Assembly: GCF_032444005.1 (NCBI RefSeq)
Contig: NC_091291.1
Location: forward strand, 139,314,001 to 139,378,000
Direction of reading: 5' to 3'
Length of the DNA: 64,000 nucleotides
Source of the DNA: Ranitomeya imitator
Taxonomy: Eukaryota
Shown here: positions 1 to 11,329 of the stretch, piece by piece
Numbering within the stretch: position 1 is the first letter of the stretch
Layout of the letters: each line of letters begins with the position of its first letter
Made by a program: the position numbers and the translations under genes
The notes under the pieces: model-generated
Database searches by the model: none
What the model was told of the DNA's origin: nothing
What the model saw: only the letters and a program-made list of their open reading frames with translations

Positions 1-249
1 AGCACCATAAAACTGGGAATTAACCCCCTTCCTGCTGACCTCCCTGTGTGCGGACTGAGAGCCCGTTCAGTTATATAGAGCCTAAGTAAACATCTGAACA
101 ACCACCCTGTGACCCTCATTATTACTGTCTGCCAGCCCTGTGACCCACTTTGACGTACAGTATAATATTATACAGGACCTGAAGCTAGAGCTTGGTTTAT
201 CTGCAATCACAATCAGGATTACTTTGTGGAGTTCCTCTGCTTGCCCACC

Positions 250-1161
250 ATGCAACACCCTAGGGGAGCAGGGGCGGCTGATAAACTGAGGAAATTTGCC
301 AGAGATGATTCCTCGGACAATGTGCGCACTCTCAGAAATAATCCTACACTTACCCAGCGTAAGGGCCGTCCTTCTGATAGTAACGAGGAGGGAGAACAAG
401 ACGAACTGACTCTTAAACAAGCATCCGAGCAGTTAATGCAGGCTATCTCCCTCACTAGATCATCTCTTACGGAAAAAATAGAGGATGTGCATACTGAGGT
501 GGGTCGTTTGCGACATGACATGCAAGCTATGAGAGGACGTATTTCGGAGGTGGAAACAAGAGTGTCACATATAGAAGATACTATTACTCCCATGGAAGCT
601 AAACTGACAAAAGCTGCTGGCTCCGTAAACGCATGGAAACAAAAGGCGGATGATTTGGAAAACAGACTGCGTCGCAATAATATTCGAATTATTGGTCTCC
701 CGGAGCGATCGGAGGGTCAGCAGCCTGAGCAATTCCTGGAAGACTGGCTTAAGTCCACCCTGGGAGATGGATTCTCCTCAACATTCTCAGTGGAAAGAGC
801 CCATAGGGTCCCAACAAGACCTTTGCCCCCTGGAACTCCACCTCGACCGTTTCTGGCACGCCTCCTTAATTGCAGAGATAGAGATGCTATTCTTCGCTTG
901 GCAAGGCAGAAGGGCCCCATTAAACTCAACAATACCATCATATCGATTTTTCCGGATTTCTCCATGGAGCTCCAGAAACAGCGGGCACGATTTATGGAAG
1001 TCAAAAAGCTACTTCGAGACAAGAATATAATTTATTCCATGCTCTATCCAGCCCGGCTCCGCATTGTCCATGATGGATCCTCTTTATTTTTTACAGACCC
1101 AGCAGAAGTGGCCGAATGGTTGCGGTCTCACGGAGGGTCCAAAGCCCAAAAAAGCTCCTAA
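250..1161 (+). CDS. L1 ORF1p (coiled coil, RRM, CTD), 303 aa from the Kozak ATG at 250
   Basis: Hallmark motifs LENRLRRNNIRIIGLPE, VERAHRV and IFPDFS. cccaccATG at 250; the ORF track starts at an upstream GTG (226). Confidence 0.93.
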   Translation: MQHPRGAGAADKLRKFARDDSSDNVRTLRNNPTLTQRKGRPSDSNEEGEQDELTLKQASEQLMQAISLTRSSLTEKIEDVHTEVGRLRHDMQAMRGRISEVETRVSHIEDTITPMEAKLTKAAGSVNAWKQKADDLENRLRRNNIRIIGLPERSEGQQPEQFLEDWLKSTLGDGFSSTFSVERAHRVPTRPLPPGTPPRPFLARLLNCRDRDAILRLARQKGPIKLNNTIISIFPDFSMELQKQRARFMEVKKLLRDKNIIYSMLYPARLRIVHDGSSLFFTDPAEVAEWLRSHGGSKAQKSS

Positions 1162-1462
1162 TTTGGGTTCTTTATCAAATGGCAATATAAATAGAGCTCT
1201 TTACATAGGTGCGAAAGAAGTCAACAATACCGGACACTGAATTCAGTGAGGGTATCCCCGTTTCTATTTGACTGTGGGAGTATGGAAGCATGCTCCTCTA
1301 TTATTCAAGTTATGTTGAGTTTGAGTTTATGCACTAGTTCTGACTGTTTGATGTATATGGTTGCCGCCAATATTGATTTTTTCTTGCTCTGTGGGGTGTC
1401 TCTGGATCACGCCCGTATAATATTGTTGACATATATTATTTTTTTTCTCTTTTTATATAAAT

Positions 1463-4400
1463 ATGGGATCTGAAATTATATATATGACCTGGAACATACG
1501 GGGTATTAAGACTCCTCGGAAGAAAGTTAAAGTATTTTCACAGATCAAAAAACACAATCCTCATGTCGTGGCATTGATGGAGACACACCTGACTAGGGAT
1601 ACGGTTCGATGTATACAAAAGCCATGGGTACAGTGGTCGCTCCATGCATTCCATACTAGCTACTCAAGAGGGGTCTCCTTATTGATACACAGGGGGGTTA
1701 GGTGGGAGGCGAGGGAGGCACGGCGGGATCCGGAGGGCCGCTTTGTTTTTGTACATGCAATTCTCAATTCATGTGAATATGTGATACTTTGTGTTTATAA
1801 CCCTCCCCCTGCTGGTATGTCGGTTCTCCGTATGGCATTGGGTTTCTCCTTAAAATATCCAGATGCCAATGTTATCTGCATGGGTGACTTCAACCTAGTA
1901 ATGGACCATTCTAAGGACAGAGTGAGGTTGGATAACACAGCATCCGGGGAGTCTTTGCCTCAATCGCCCTCCCAGCTGGCGCTGTTTATGGATGGCAGCG
2001 GTTGGTTGGACTTGTGGAGAATGAGTCATCCAGAGGATAGAGGGTATACCTGCCACTCATCCACCAAACAATCTTTATCTCGTATAGATTATATATTTGG
2101 ATCTAGTGGCGTGGCACTGCAGGTGGATAATATTGAACATGGTAACAGGGGGATCTCGGACCACAGTCCAGTAATTCTTAAACTTAAATATGGTCAATCC
2201 AATAACAATAGATCCTGGAAATTAAACCCTTTCTGGTTGAAATTGATAGATTCAAGTGACAGGACAGTCGAACAATTAAATAGTTTTATTTTAGCACATC
2301 CAGAACCCCAGAATCTTGGTTTATTTTGGGACACTCTGAAGGCATATTTAAGGGGATGCTTGTCCTCTACAATCTCTTACATTAAAAGGGTGACGGCGGG
2401 GGAGGATGACGAGATGGAGCAACGATTAAAGGATTCAGAGGCTACATATATAGCAAATCAGACCAGCAGTAACAGAGCTGAGTGGCTCACCTCCCAGAGA
2501 TTATATGCCCAACATATAGACGTTAAATCGAAACGTAAATTATTCTTTACCCGCCAGTCCTATTTTGAGCTGGGGAACCAGGCCAGTACGCTCTTGGCTT
2601 TCTTAGTGCGCCAACACAATACATCCAACACAATATTACAAATCCGTATGCCTGATGGTACATTAGTATCCTCTACTGATGAGATACTTCAAGGTTTTCA
2701 TGATTATTATAATTTGTTATACAAATCTAGTAGCGGTTTTGATACTAATGAATGTTTGGATTATTTATCGGATATAACGTTTCCCTCGTTGAGCCCATCC
2801 CAACAGGCCTTTATGGATGCGGAGTTTACTTTGGAGGAAGTGGAGCAGGCTATAGCGGACATGGCTACAGGGAAGGCCCCGGGTCCTGATGGATTCCCCA
2901 TTGAGCTATATAGGAAATACAGGGACAAGTTGGCGCCACTTCTATTGAAGGTACTCGGGGGAATATGGAGGGGAGAGTCTGTCCCTGAAACGTTTTATGA
3001 TGCCAATATTATAGTACACAGGAAAGAGGGGAAGGATCCTCTCGATTGTGGATCGTACCGACCTATATCCCTGGTGAACGTAGATTACAAGATTTTTACT
3101 AAAATTCTGGCTACCAGACTGAATACGATTATATTAGATCTCATACACCCAGATCAAACAGGCTTTATGCCTGGGAAAAGTACTTCCATCAATATTAGAC
3201 GGGTCCAATCGGTTATTCAATATAGCTCTTTGGAGCCAGATAATAAGTGGGCATTGGCATCGTTGGATGCAGCCAAAGCTTTTGACTCCCTCGAGTGGTC
3301 CTTTCTGTTTGCATGTTTGCGGAAGTACGGTTTTGGGGACAGATTTCTGAAAGGGATAGGAACATTATATACGAAACCTAGGGCGCGTATGATAGTGAAT
3401 GGCTCAATATCCGAGCCTTTTTCTTTACATAGAGGGACTCGCCAAGGGTGCCCTCTCTCTCCTGCTCTATTTGCATTGGCAATAGAGGCTCTGGCAATAC
3501 AGATGAGATCCTCCAGCGACATCAAGGGGATACGCATTGCAGATCGGGTAGATATTATTGGCCTCTATGCTGATGATATGGTGGTATTTATGGATCAAAC
3601 AGAGGATACGCTACCAAAAGTAATAACAATTATAGACAAATTTAGCAAATTCTCTGGTCTTTATATAAATTGGGATAAGTCTGCCCTGATGCCTCTTTCT
3701 CATGTCCCAATGTTGCGTCTCGGGACTCTCTCGGCGTTACCCATTGTCTCTAATTTCAAATATCTAGGAATACATATGTCTCAACATAGTAGATTTGATT
3801 TACAATTTAACATTTACCCATTAATTGATCTGGTAAAATCTAAATTTAATACTTGGGATAAACTCCCTCTTTCTGTGGCTGGCCGCATTAATTTGATCAA
3901 AATGATACTGCTTCCCAAGTTGAACTACTGCATTCAACATAGTGCTGTCCCAATACCTAAATCCCTCTTTGCGACTCTAAATTCCCTAACCACGTCCTTT
4001 ATATGGGGGAAAAGTAGGCCTAAACTTAGGTTATCTACTCTACAGAGACCGAGACGGGGAGGAGGAGCGGCTTTGCCAGACTTCTACTTATATTATCTAG
4101 CCGGGCAGGTTAAAATGATAAATAAGTGGATGCCCAATAATTCTAATCCTCTTCCTAATTCAGAGAGTCATTTGCTTTACTCTGCTAGGATCGATTGTCC
4201 ACTGGGGTTTTTGGAGATGGAGAGGGTCGGTGTTCCCCGTTTGCTTCCTTTGCTTCGGTTGGCAAGATCAATATGGAGTCAAATAAAAAAAATAACCAAA
4301 TTTGTTGATATAGTGGCTGAAATGCCACTGTGGAATAACAGTTATCTCCCGGGTTTGTTGGGTCACCCATCCACGGAATTTTGGATATCACACGGTGTTC

Positions 4401-5236
4401 TCTCAGTAGGAAATGTACACAACCAGGGTTCTTTTACCTCCTTTGAACAATTACAAAATACTTATAACATCCCAAGATCCCAGTTTTTCCGCTATCTGCA
4501 GTTGAGATCAGCCTTTCAATCACACATGCGAAATGTGGGTACGGGTCGAGCCATTTCATCTCTTCCACTGATAGGTATTCTCAATTCACAAGGCCCTCAA
4601 GGACTTATCTCCTCTTTATACACTTATCTATTATCCATAGGAGAGGGGTCTACTATAGATTCTATTAAGAAAAGGTGGGAGGGGCTTCTTCCGGATACGC
4701 TGGGGGAAGAATGGGAAGACATTTTGGAATCTCCAACTAAGGTTTCCCCATCAATTAACAATAGGATGACTCAGCTGTACATAATATATCAATCCTATCT
4801 GACCCCGACTCGTCTTTTCAAGATGGGACGTCTCCATTCGTCAGATTGTCTGAGATGTCACTTAAGTGATGCGGATTTTATTCATATGATATGGAGATGT
4901 CCCATTATCTCTCATTATTGGAAAGAGGTGACAACATTGTTGACATCCTTGCTGTTGATCCCTGTCCCACTTGAGCCATTGACCTGCTTATTTGGGGTGT
5001 GGGATGCAGGAGTTTGGGACCACCACACTGGGATTTTTTTGCGAGAGACACTGTTCCTGGCGCGAAAAGTACTGGCGCTGAGATGGATGGGTGGTTCTTA
5101 CCCATCTCTTAGAGCTTGGGTGGATTTAGTGAACTCAATTATCCCGTATGAACGGACACTATATCAGAATAGAGGATGTCCAGATAAATTTGAGAAAATA
5201 TGGGGTAAATGGAACTCCTCTCATCTTACTCTATAA
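1463..5236 (+). CDS. L1 ORF2p (APE endonuclease, reverse transcriptase, C-terminal CCHC), 1257 aa
   Basis: Endonuclease motifs TWNIRG, ETH, GDFN, SRIDY, SDHS. RT motifs DAAKAFD, QGCPLSP, YADD, KYLGI. C-terminal CLRC...HMIWRC. Confidence 0.97.
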   Translation: MGSEIIYMTWNIRGIKTPRKKVKVFSQIKKHNPHVVALMETHLTRDTVRCIQKPWVQWSLHAFHTSYSRGVSLLIHRGVRWEAREARRDPEGRFVFVHAILNSCEYVILCVYNPPPAGMSVLRMALGFSLKYPDANVICMGDFNLVMDHSKDRVRLDNTASGESLPQSPSQLALFMDGSGWLDLWRMSHPEDRGYTCHSSTKQSLSRIDYIFGSSGVALQVDNIEHGNRGISDHSPVILKLKYGQSNNNRSWKLNPFWLKLIDSSDRTVEQLNSFILAHPEPQNLGLFWDTLKAYLRGCLSSTISYIKRVTAGEDDEMEQRLKDSEATYIANQTSSNRAEWLTSQRLYAQHIDVKSKRKLFFTRQSYFELGNQASTLLAFLVRQHNTSNTILQIRMPDGTLVSSTDEILQGFHDYYNLLYKSSSGFDTNECLDYLSDITFPSLSPSQQAFMDAEFTLEEVEQAIADMATGKAPGPDGFPIELYRKYRDKLAPLLLKVLGGIWRGESVPETFYDANIIVHRKEGKDPLDCGSYRPISLVNVDYKIFTKILATRLNTIILDLIHPDQTGFMPGKSTSINIRRVQSVIQYSSLEPDNKWALASLDAAKAFDSLEWSFLFACLRKYGFGDRFLKGIGTLYTKPRARMIVNGSISEPFSLHRGTRQGCPLSPALFALAIEALAIQMRSSSDIKGIRIADRVDIIGLYADDMVVFMDQTEDTLPKVITIIDKFSKFSGLYINWDKSALMPLSHVPMLRLGTLSALPIVSNFKYLGIHMSQHSRFDLQFNIYPLIDLVKSKFNTWDKLPLSVAGRINLIKMILLPKLNYCIQHSAVPIPKSLFATLNSLTTSFIWGKSRPKLRLSTLQRPRRGGGAALPDFYLYYLAGQVKMINKWMPNNSNPLPNSESHLLYSARIDCPLGFLEMERVGVPRLLPLLRLARSIWSQIKKITKFVDIVAEMPLWNNSYLPGLLGHPSTEFWISHGVLSVGNVHNQGSFTSFEQLQNTYNIPRSQFFRYLQLRSAFQSHMRNVGTGRAISSLPLIGILNSQGPQGLISSLYTYLLSIGEGSTIDSIKKRWEGLLPDTLGEEWEDILESPTKVSPSINNRMTQLYIIYQSYLTPTRLFKMGRLHSSDCLRCHLSDADFIHMIWRCPIISHYWKEVTTLLTSLLLIPVPLEPLTCLFGVWDAGVWDHHTGIFLRETLFLARKVLALRWMGGSYPSLRAWVDLVNSIIPYERTLYQNRGCPDKFEKIWGKWNSSHLTL

Positions 5237-8007
5237 CCTATAATACTCTAATATATACATAGGAAGTGAGGCCTGTGGTTTTGGAGACATTACTTACAGG
5301 GTGAAATCTATACGGAACTTTCTTTTGGCGGCGTTTGTTTTTTATTTATTTTTTTTTTTTTTTTTTTTTGTTTTTGTTCTTTTCGTTCTTTTAGTAGTTG
5401 AGGTAGTTAAAGTTTTACAATAAGATACTTGTGATTGATATGCACTGTTTATTACTTTTGTAATACTATACATTGTAACGATTCACATTGTATGTCATAA
5501 TGGATAATGATAGAATCAAATGCAAATGTGTGTATTGTATGATTTATTCTGCAATTAATAAACGAATTTAAAAAAAAAAAAACGGTTTTGTAAATATTGT
5601 TGGAAAAATAAGAAATTGCTGGTCAACTTTTAACACTTATATCTTCCTAACAAAAAAAAAATTGAGGTTTCAAAAATTGTGCTGATGTAAAGTAGACATG
5701 TGGGAAATGTTATTAACTATTTTGTGTGATATGACTGATTTAAAAAGGAAGAAAAAATTGAAATTTGAAAATTGCGAAATTTGTCAAATTTCTTTTTTTT
5801 TCCACAAACAAACAAGTCATATCGAAGAAGTGTTGCTACCATCATGAAGTACAATTTCTCAGAATCAGTGAGATCGAGTGAAGCGTTCCTGAGTTATTAC
5901 CACAAAGGGACAATGGTCAGAATTGTAAAAATAGGTCAGTACATTAATGTGCAAACAGGCTTGAGGTTAAAAAAAACAAAAAACGATTGCAATATTTCTG
6001 ACAAATTATTGTAAATGCAGTGACGATATCTGGCGAACATTTTTTTCGCATCCCTGAAAACATCCTTCCAACAATTCATTGTTGTCCAAATCTGCTTTAT
6101 TTACATAAACAGGACAAGCCCTTTAAGTGGCTTTTTCTTATGTATAGTTCCACGTAATTAATCTTGGCACAAAGGAATCAATGAATAGAAAACAGCTTAG
6201 TCAGGCCTAAGCCGACGGTGCGCCAGCGATCTGCAGGACTCCTATAAAGTAGCTCTGGGATATTAGAGCTGCATTCTCTGAATAGCAGGAGGATTTACAA
6301 GAGTTGTATAAAACCAGATTGATGGCCTATTTATAAAGTTAATGCGGTATCTGCGTCGTGCATACACATGGCCGGGACACTAAGCAGCAGTGTGACCGCT
6401 CGTCACGGCTATCTAATATGTAATGGAGTTGCGCCAAAAGCCGGAGACAAGACCCGTCAGCGGAGGTTTAGAGATGGAGGACGCCGCGCGGGTTTTAAAG
6501 GGAAAGCGCCCAACAGCATCAACTACGCCCGGTGTATGGCTCACTGTGTAGTGACCATTCTCTGCACTGCACCTCAGACCACATGTACTTCAATAGGAGA
6601 TGAACCCGAGAACAGCCACAACACAGTGTACGAGCTGCGGTGTCCCGACTCCATACAACTGATCGGCGGAGGGGGCCGGCTGTCATGATATTGATCACCT
6701 CTCGCTGGTCCTGGACATCCCCTTTAATGTTTATTGAAAACCAACAAACGTGACTGACACATAAGGAAGGCAGCAATCCGGCGCCCAGGATGAGGCACTG
6801 AGGTCTCTAGGTCTATTTCTGAGGTTTAACGCACCACGTACCCAGCACCACTCACGGGAGCATCTGGAAACACTCCTGACCTGAGGAGCACTATCAGACA
6901 CGTGAGAAAGAAAAGCAACATCTGACCAAACCTGTATTTCTGCTTCCACAGCTGTTTACATCCTAGAGAGCGGCCAGAGATGGTGCATTACCCCACAGCC
7001 TCCCCCACCGGGACACCATGTTCTGTTTACACTGCTCACAGGAACATCCATTCCTAAACCTGCTCCTCCTCTAGGAACAGGATCATGTCAGTAGCAGGGG
7101 TCTGCGGATAGCACAGAACAGGACTGGGGGGGGCAACAGGCTCCCATGTTAAGAAAAAAAAAAAACATGCAAAGGCACAAAGTACAGCAACGTGCACCAG
7201 CATGACGCCATCCCCACTGACACGGGGAAATCCATTCAAAAGTGATACCCGAGAATTATTTTTGCCCGGATATGGCCGACATTGGGTGCGTTCATTAACA
7301 TAACGGGAGAGTGACATTCTGAAAACTGCATCCACATATAATGCAAAATAAGTGGATTTTTTTACAATGCATAAGGGAAAAAAGGCAAGATCCACGTGCA
7401 ACATGTGCAAACTTTCCTGCATATTCAGGAGTAAATCATCCACCACATGAGGACTTATGGCTGATTGTCCGCTATGATGTAACCCTGGCAGTATACTTGT
7501 ATTCTACATCTCTGCACCAGGACATCCTAAGCACAAATGTCTGATAGATGCAGCTCCAACACCTACCTGGGGATTGGGGCCCCGTCTGGTGACGCTCAGA
7601 TGGCCACACTTCAGCTATTTAGACCCCAACACATGGCTGCACGAGACAGGACCCCTTTAATAGTCTCCAGCCAGGTGGACGGATTATAAATCCCAATTGA
7701 ACATTACAATATAAGTTGGTGCCGTCCATCCCTCCCCCGATGTATTCAGACGCCTCTATTTACAATGCAGAGTCATATAGGTTATTGTACAGACGTTTTG
7801 CAATAACATATTCCGGTGGGGAATATTTTACTCCAACCAGAATGATATCAGTAGCTGGAAAAGACCTCAGCAATTCGATGTAAAGCAATTATTTTCCTAC
7901 TATTTTCCGTGCTGAGGTTCATAGAGACCATGCGATTCACAGAAATGCAGCACGATGCAGACGTCCTACACACGATCTCTGCACCATTGTTGTCTCTGAC
8001 CCAGTAC

Positions 8008-8194
8008 CTGAAGCTCCTATGGGTGAGGTAGCTGGGGTTATCCCCTGAACATTTAGGCCAAGCTGGTGGGACACACTGGGAACGGGTCCTGCTACTGGTG
8101 GTCCAGGTGGGTTCTCTCTTTGTGGAGACGTAAGAGGAGTCGTGGGCTGCGATGACGGCCCACCAGCAAGCCGAGCCAGGCGCCTTCGTCTAAT
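8008..8194 (-). CDS. ube4b: UBE4B coding exon 2 (187 nt)
   Basis: Encodes [32 protein letters not shown]...SPIGASG, matching the UBE4B N-terminus. TACAG acceptor at 8195-8199 and GT donor at 8007-8006 on the minus strand. Confidence 0.95.
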
Positions 8195-8877
8195 CTGTAA
8201 AAGTGAAAAGAAACACGGAGTAAGAACAAATGCTGAAGAGATCTCCGGTACTGACAGAAGCTGCAGGGTGGGCTCATGTAGTATACCCGGACCCCCTGCC
8301 ATAAGAATATATACACCATACAAGTCCTGACAGGCCCCTACAACTCCTCCTGGAGAAGCTTTCATTTTTATGCAGTTCTGTGATGCACATGTACCAGGTC
8401 CATACAAGTTACAGGACCAGTAGGCTGCATTACTAGCGCCCATTACTGCTCAATAACTCCATGTGCAGACAGACTTCCTTGTGCAGGAACAAGTCTTAAT
8501 TTCATGGCCGTTATACAACGATAACTAAAGTAAGTCGGTCTCCATTCTTCATATTTGGCACATACATACACAATGTTTGCTGCGTTTCACACGGTAATAA
8601 AGGAACATTTTGTTCCCAAGCACAAAAATCAAGGTCCGCAGCAGAGTCGGGGTACGATCCAATACTGGAAAAGGAAGCAACAAACCGCCTCTATACAGTG
8701 TGGACCTGCACCATAAGGGAACCAGTCAGGACGATTTTACTACTGAAACTAGTGCTATGGCTGTTAAGGTCCTAGCAAAGACTAATAAGTAATCTGGCAT
8801 GCCAATGCTGAGAAATCACGCTTTAAAGCAACATGCAAATTAGCCTGGAGGTAAACTGGGGCGTGCCAATACACTAA

Positions 8878-9170
8878 GGCTACGTTCACATTAGCGTTGC
8901 GCGCCGGTGCGTCGGCGACGCAACGCACGACGCACAAAAAACGCGCGCAAAAACGCTGCGTGCGTCGTTTTTTGACGAAAATCGGACGCACGAAAAATGC
9001 AACTTGTTGCATTTTCTTGCATCCGACGCTAGCGTCGGAAACGACGCACGTGTCGAAAAACGCCACCCAAAAACGCACGTGTCCCCTATGTTAAACATAG
9101 GGGCGCGTCGCCGCTGCGTCGCCGACGCAACAGCGACGCACATTAGCGGAACGCTAATGTGAACGTAGCC
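8878..9170. mobile_element. PIF/Harbinger-type (Tourist-like) MITE, 293 bp
   Basis: Perfect terminal inverted repeat GGCTACGTTCACATTAGCGTT / AACGCTAATGTGAACGTAGCC, with TAA duplicated at 8875-8877 and 9171-9173. Confidence 0.85.
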
Positions 9171-10877
9171 TAAGTGCATAGACACGCTCCCAAAGCACTT
9201 TCAGGCTAATTTGCATGTGGCTTCAACGTTCGATTCCTCAATGCTGCCACATCAGATTATTAGAAGAGAGGTATTTTTTTATTTATTTTATAATTCATCA
9301 TCGAACAAAAAAAACAACAGGTACACCGCCTCACGTGGTTAGGCACTAGCGTCATGGCTTCGGTGTCATTGCGGAATTAAGAAGGAAGGCCGTTATTCTT
9401 CCTGCGGCAAGAACAATGCTGCAGAACATGCTGTTTTTACAGTCAAAAGTTACCAGAAACAAGGAAAAATATGCAAAAACCAGTGTGCACAGAACTAAAA
9501 ATGTTCAATACAAGGACACATGTATGCAAAAAAAATATACATAGATAATCATTCTAATCTGTGCAAGATGAGGGTCTTAGTGTTTCTTATAATCCTTATC
9601 GCTTTGCAGGAATTATAGAATATCGTCTTGTTACAGCACAAGAAATGAGCAGACGTAACACATTAGTTATAATACAAGGGGTTAATAGATTTGGGAATAA
9701 AGCCACCGCCATACGGGATCACAAAGGTGTTCTCTACTGTGCTGTCCTCCAGGGCGGTCAGCGGGGCGCATACAGCGGCAGCGTCACCGCTCTGCATTGC
9801 ACAAGACTTGGATCCCAGATATTATTTCAGTCCTGTGGAAAGCATGTGACGGCGGATGCAAAGAATCACGCCATGTGTCACAGCCAACGCTGCGCTCTGG
9901 GAGACGGAATGCAAGTCACAGCGAAAAAGCAGGAGACAAGGCAGCAGCAGAGGTTTCTTCAGGTCACCTTCATACAGGGGATTTGTGCGCCTCTTTTCTG
10001 CCCCTCTGTTTCATCAGGGTTAAACCTGGCTCTATTGTTCGTTATCGGATCGTGCACCTTCATATATGTAGGGCGGTTGCTGCAGATTTGTATTAGACCG
10101 AGTGGACTTTCAAATTGGCATCAGGTCAATTCATTTTGGTGGAAATCCTTGCAATGTAACAATGATGCAGCTAATGACTAGCTGCAGCGGTACAGCAGTG
10201 ATGGAGAAGTGACACCACAGCTTCCTGTGGATCCAGGCCGGTGACTGGCAGAGGCTGGAATATTTTACACCAACCATCCAGTGGGCAAAGTTTCAATTTG
10301 AACCCCTTTAATACATGGTGTGAAAATGGACGAATTTCTCTTGCGACGCCTTCCCGGGTCAACTGCACCCCCCGAAACTAAAGCAAGTAACTGACAAAGT
10401 TGGTAAACCAAAGAATAAGCCGCGATTTATGGGCAGTTGTTTCTAAAGTGAACCTGCACTGGAAATCGCAAACATTTCCATAATCACGTGTAAGTGACAA
10501 GCGAGAAAGCAAAGTAGGTCATATAACAGGGACAGCGGTGCTTTACCCGGTAATTACCGGCAGTCACCGCACCGTCGTGACTCACAGTTTATACCCAGAG
10601 CTCCAGCAGCCAATACAATAGTCCTCATGTCTGACACGCACCAGTATGGAAAAACACACTGCACTGGTGTCACTGGGAAAAAAAACAGCGGCCGAAATCC
10701 CCGGAATTTATTTCCTCTTCAACAAATCAATGTGGTGACGGCGTCTCCAGGCCATCACCCCTCGTGTGACGTAATCACCTGCCTTGTGAAGTCTCCCTGT
10801 AGCTCCATTCTCAGGATTCTGGGGTTTCACCATTGATCCCATAATCACCACCTGTCCTAGCAGCATGCCGTCACCTT

Positions 10878-11060
10878 TAACCTCTTCATGACAGGAGGTA
10901 GTTTACGTTTTTGCGTTTCCATTTTTCGCTCCCCTTCTTCCCAGAGCCATAACTATTTTTCGGTCAATATGGCCATGCGAGGGCTTGTTTTTTGGGGGAC
11001 AAGTTGTACTTTTGAATGACATCATTGGTTTTACCATGTCGTGTAATCTATTGTGTTTTA
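10878..11060. mobile_element. Fragment of a TTAA-CC-ended (piggyBac/Kolobok-like) non-autonomous DNA element
   Basis: Starts TTAACCTCTTCATGAC and resembles a common amphibian interspersed repeat as I recall it. No second end found. Confidence 0.35.
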
Positions 11061-11329
11061 TAATAAGCCAACGACCAAGTCCCTCCACAGACCCGATTGC
11101 TGTGGCCCCCGGTAGCTATTTTTTACATGTAATCTACTGACAACCAGTCCCTCCATACACCCAAAAGCTGTGGCCCCAGACAGTATTTTTGAACCGTAAT
11201 TGGCCGATGACCAGTCACTATCATAAACCCAATAGATGTGGCCCCTGGTAGTTATTCTGGCTTGTAACCTGCCGATGACCAGGCCCCTCCATAAACCAGA
11301 TAGCTGTGGCCCCCAGTACTATTTCTGAC

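Larger units (their letters stand above)
1..5582 (+). mobile_element. L1-clade LINE with both ORFs intact, 3' UTR and poly(A) tail; 5' end probably at or before the window start; antisense in UBE4B intron 2
   Basis: ORF1, a 301-bp spacer and ORF2 are uninterrupted. AATAAA at 5557-5562 is followed by an A-tail at 5570-5582. No 5' target-site duplication is visible in the window. Confidence 0.95.

Noticed and set aside
82-5105. Antisense ORFs within the L1, and likewise within the CR1 at 21894-25671
   Set aside because: Shadow ORFs of intact coding sequence with no independent evidence.
5583-8007. UBE4B exon 3
   Set aside because: The expected Ser-rich peptide was not found. It probably lies beyond the left edge of the window.
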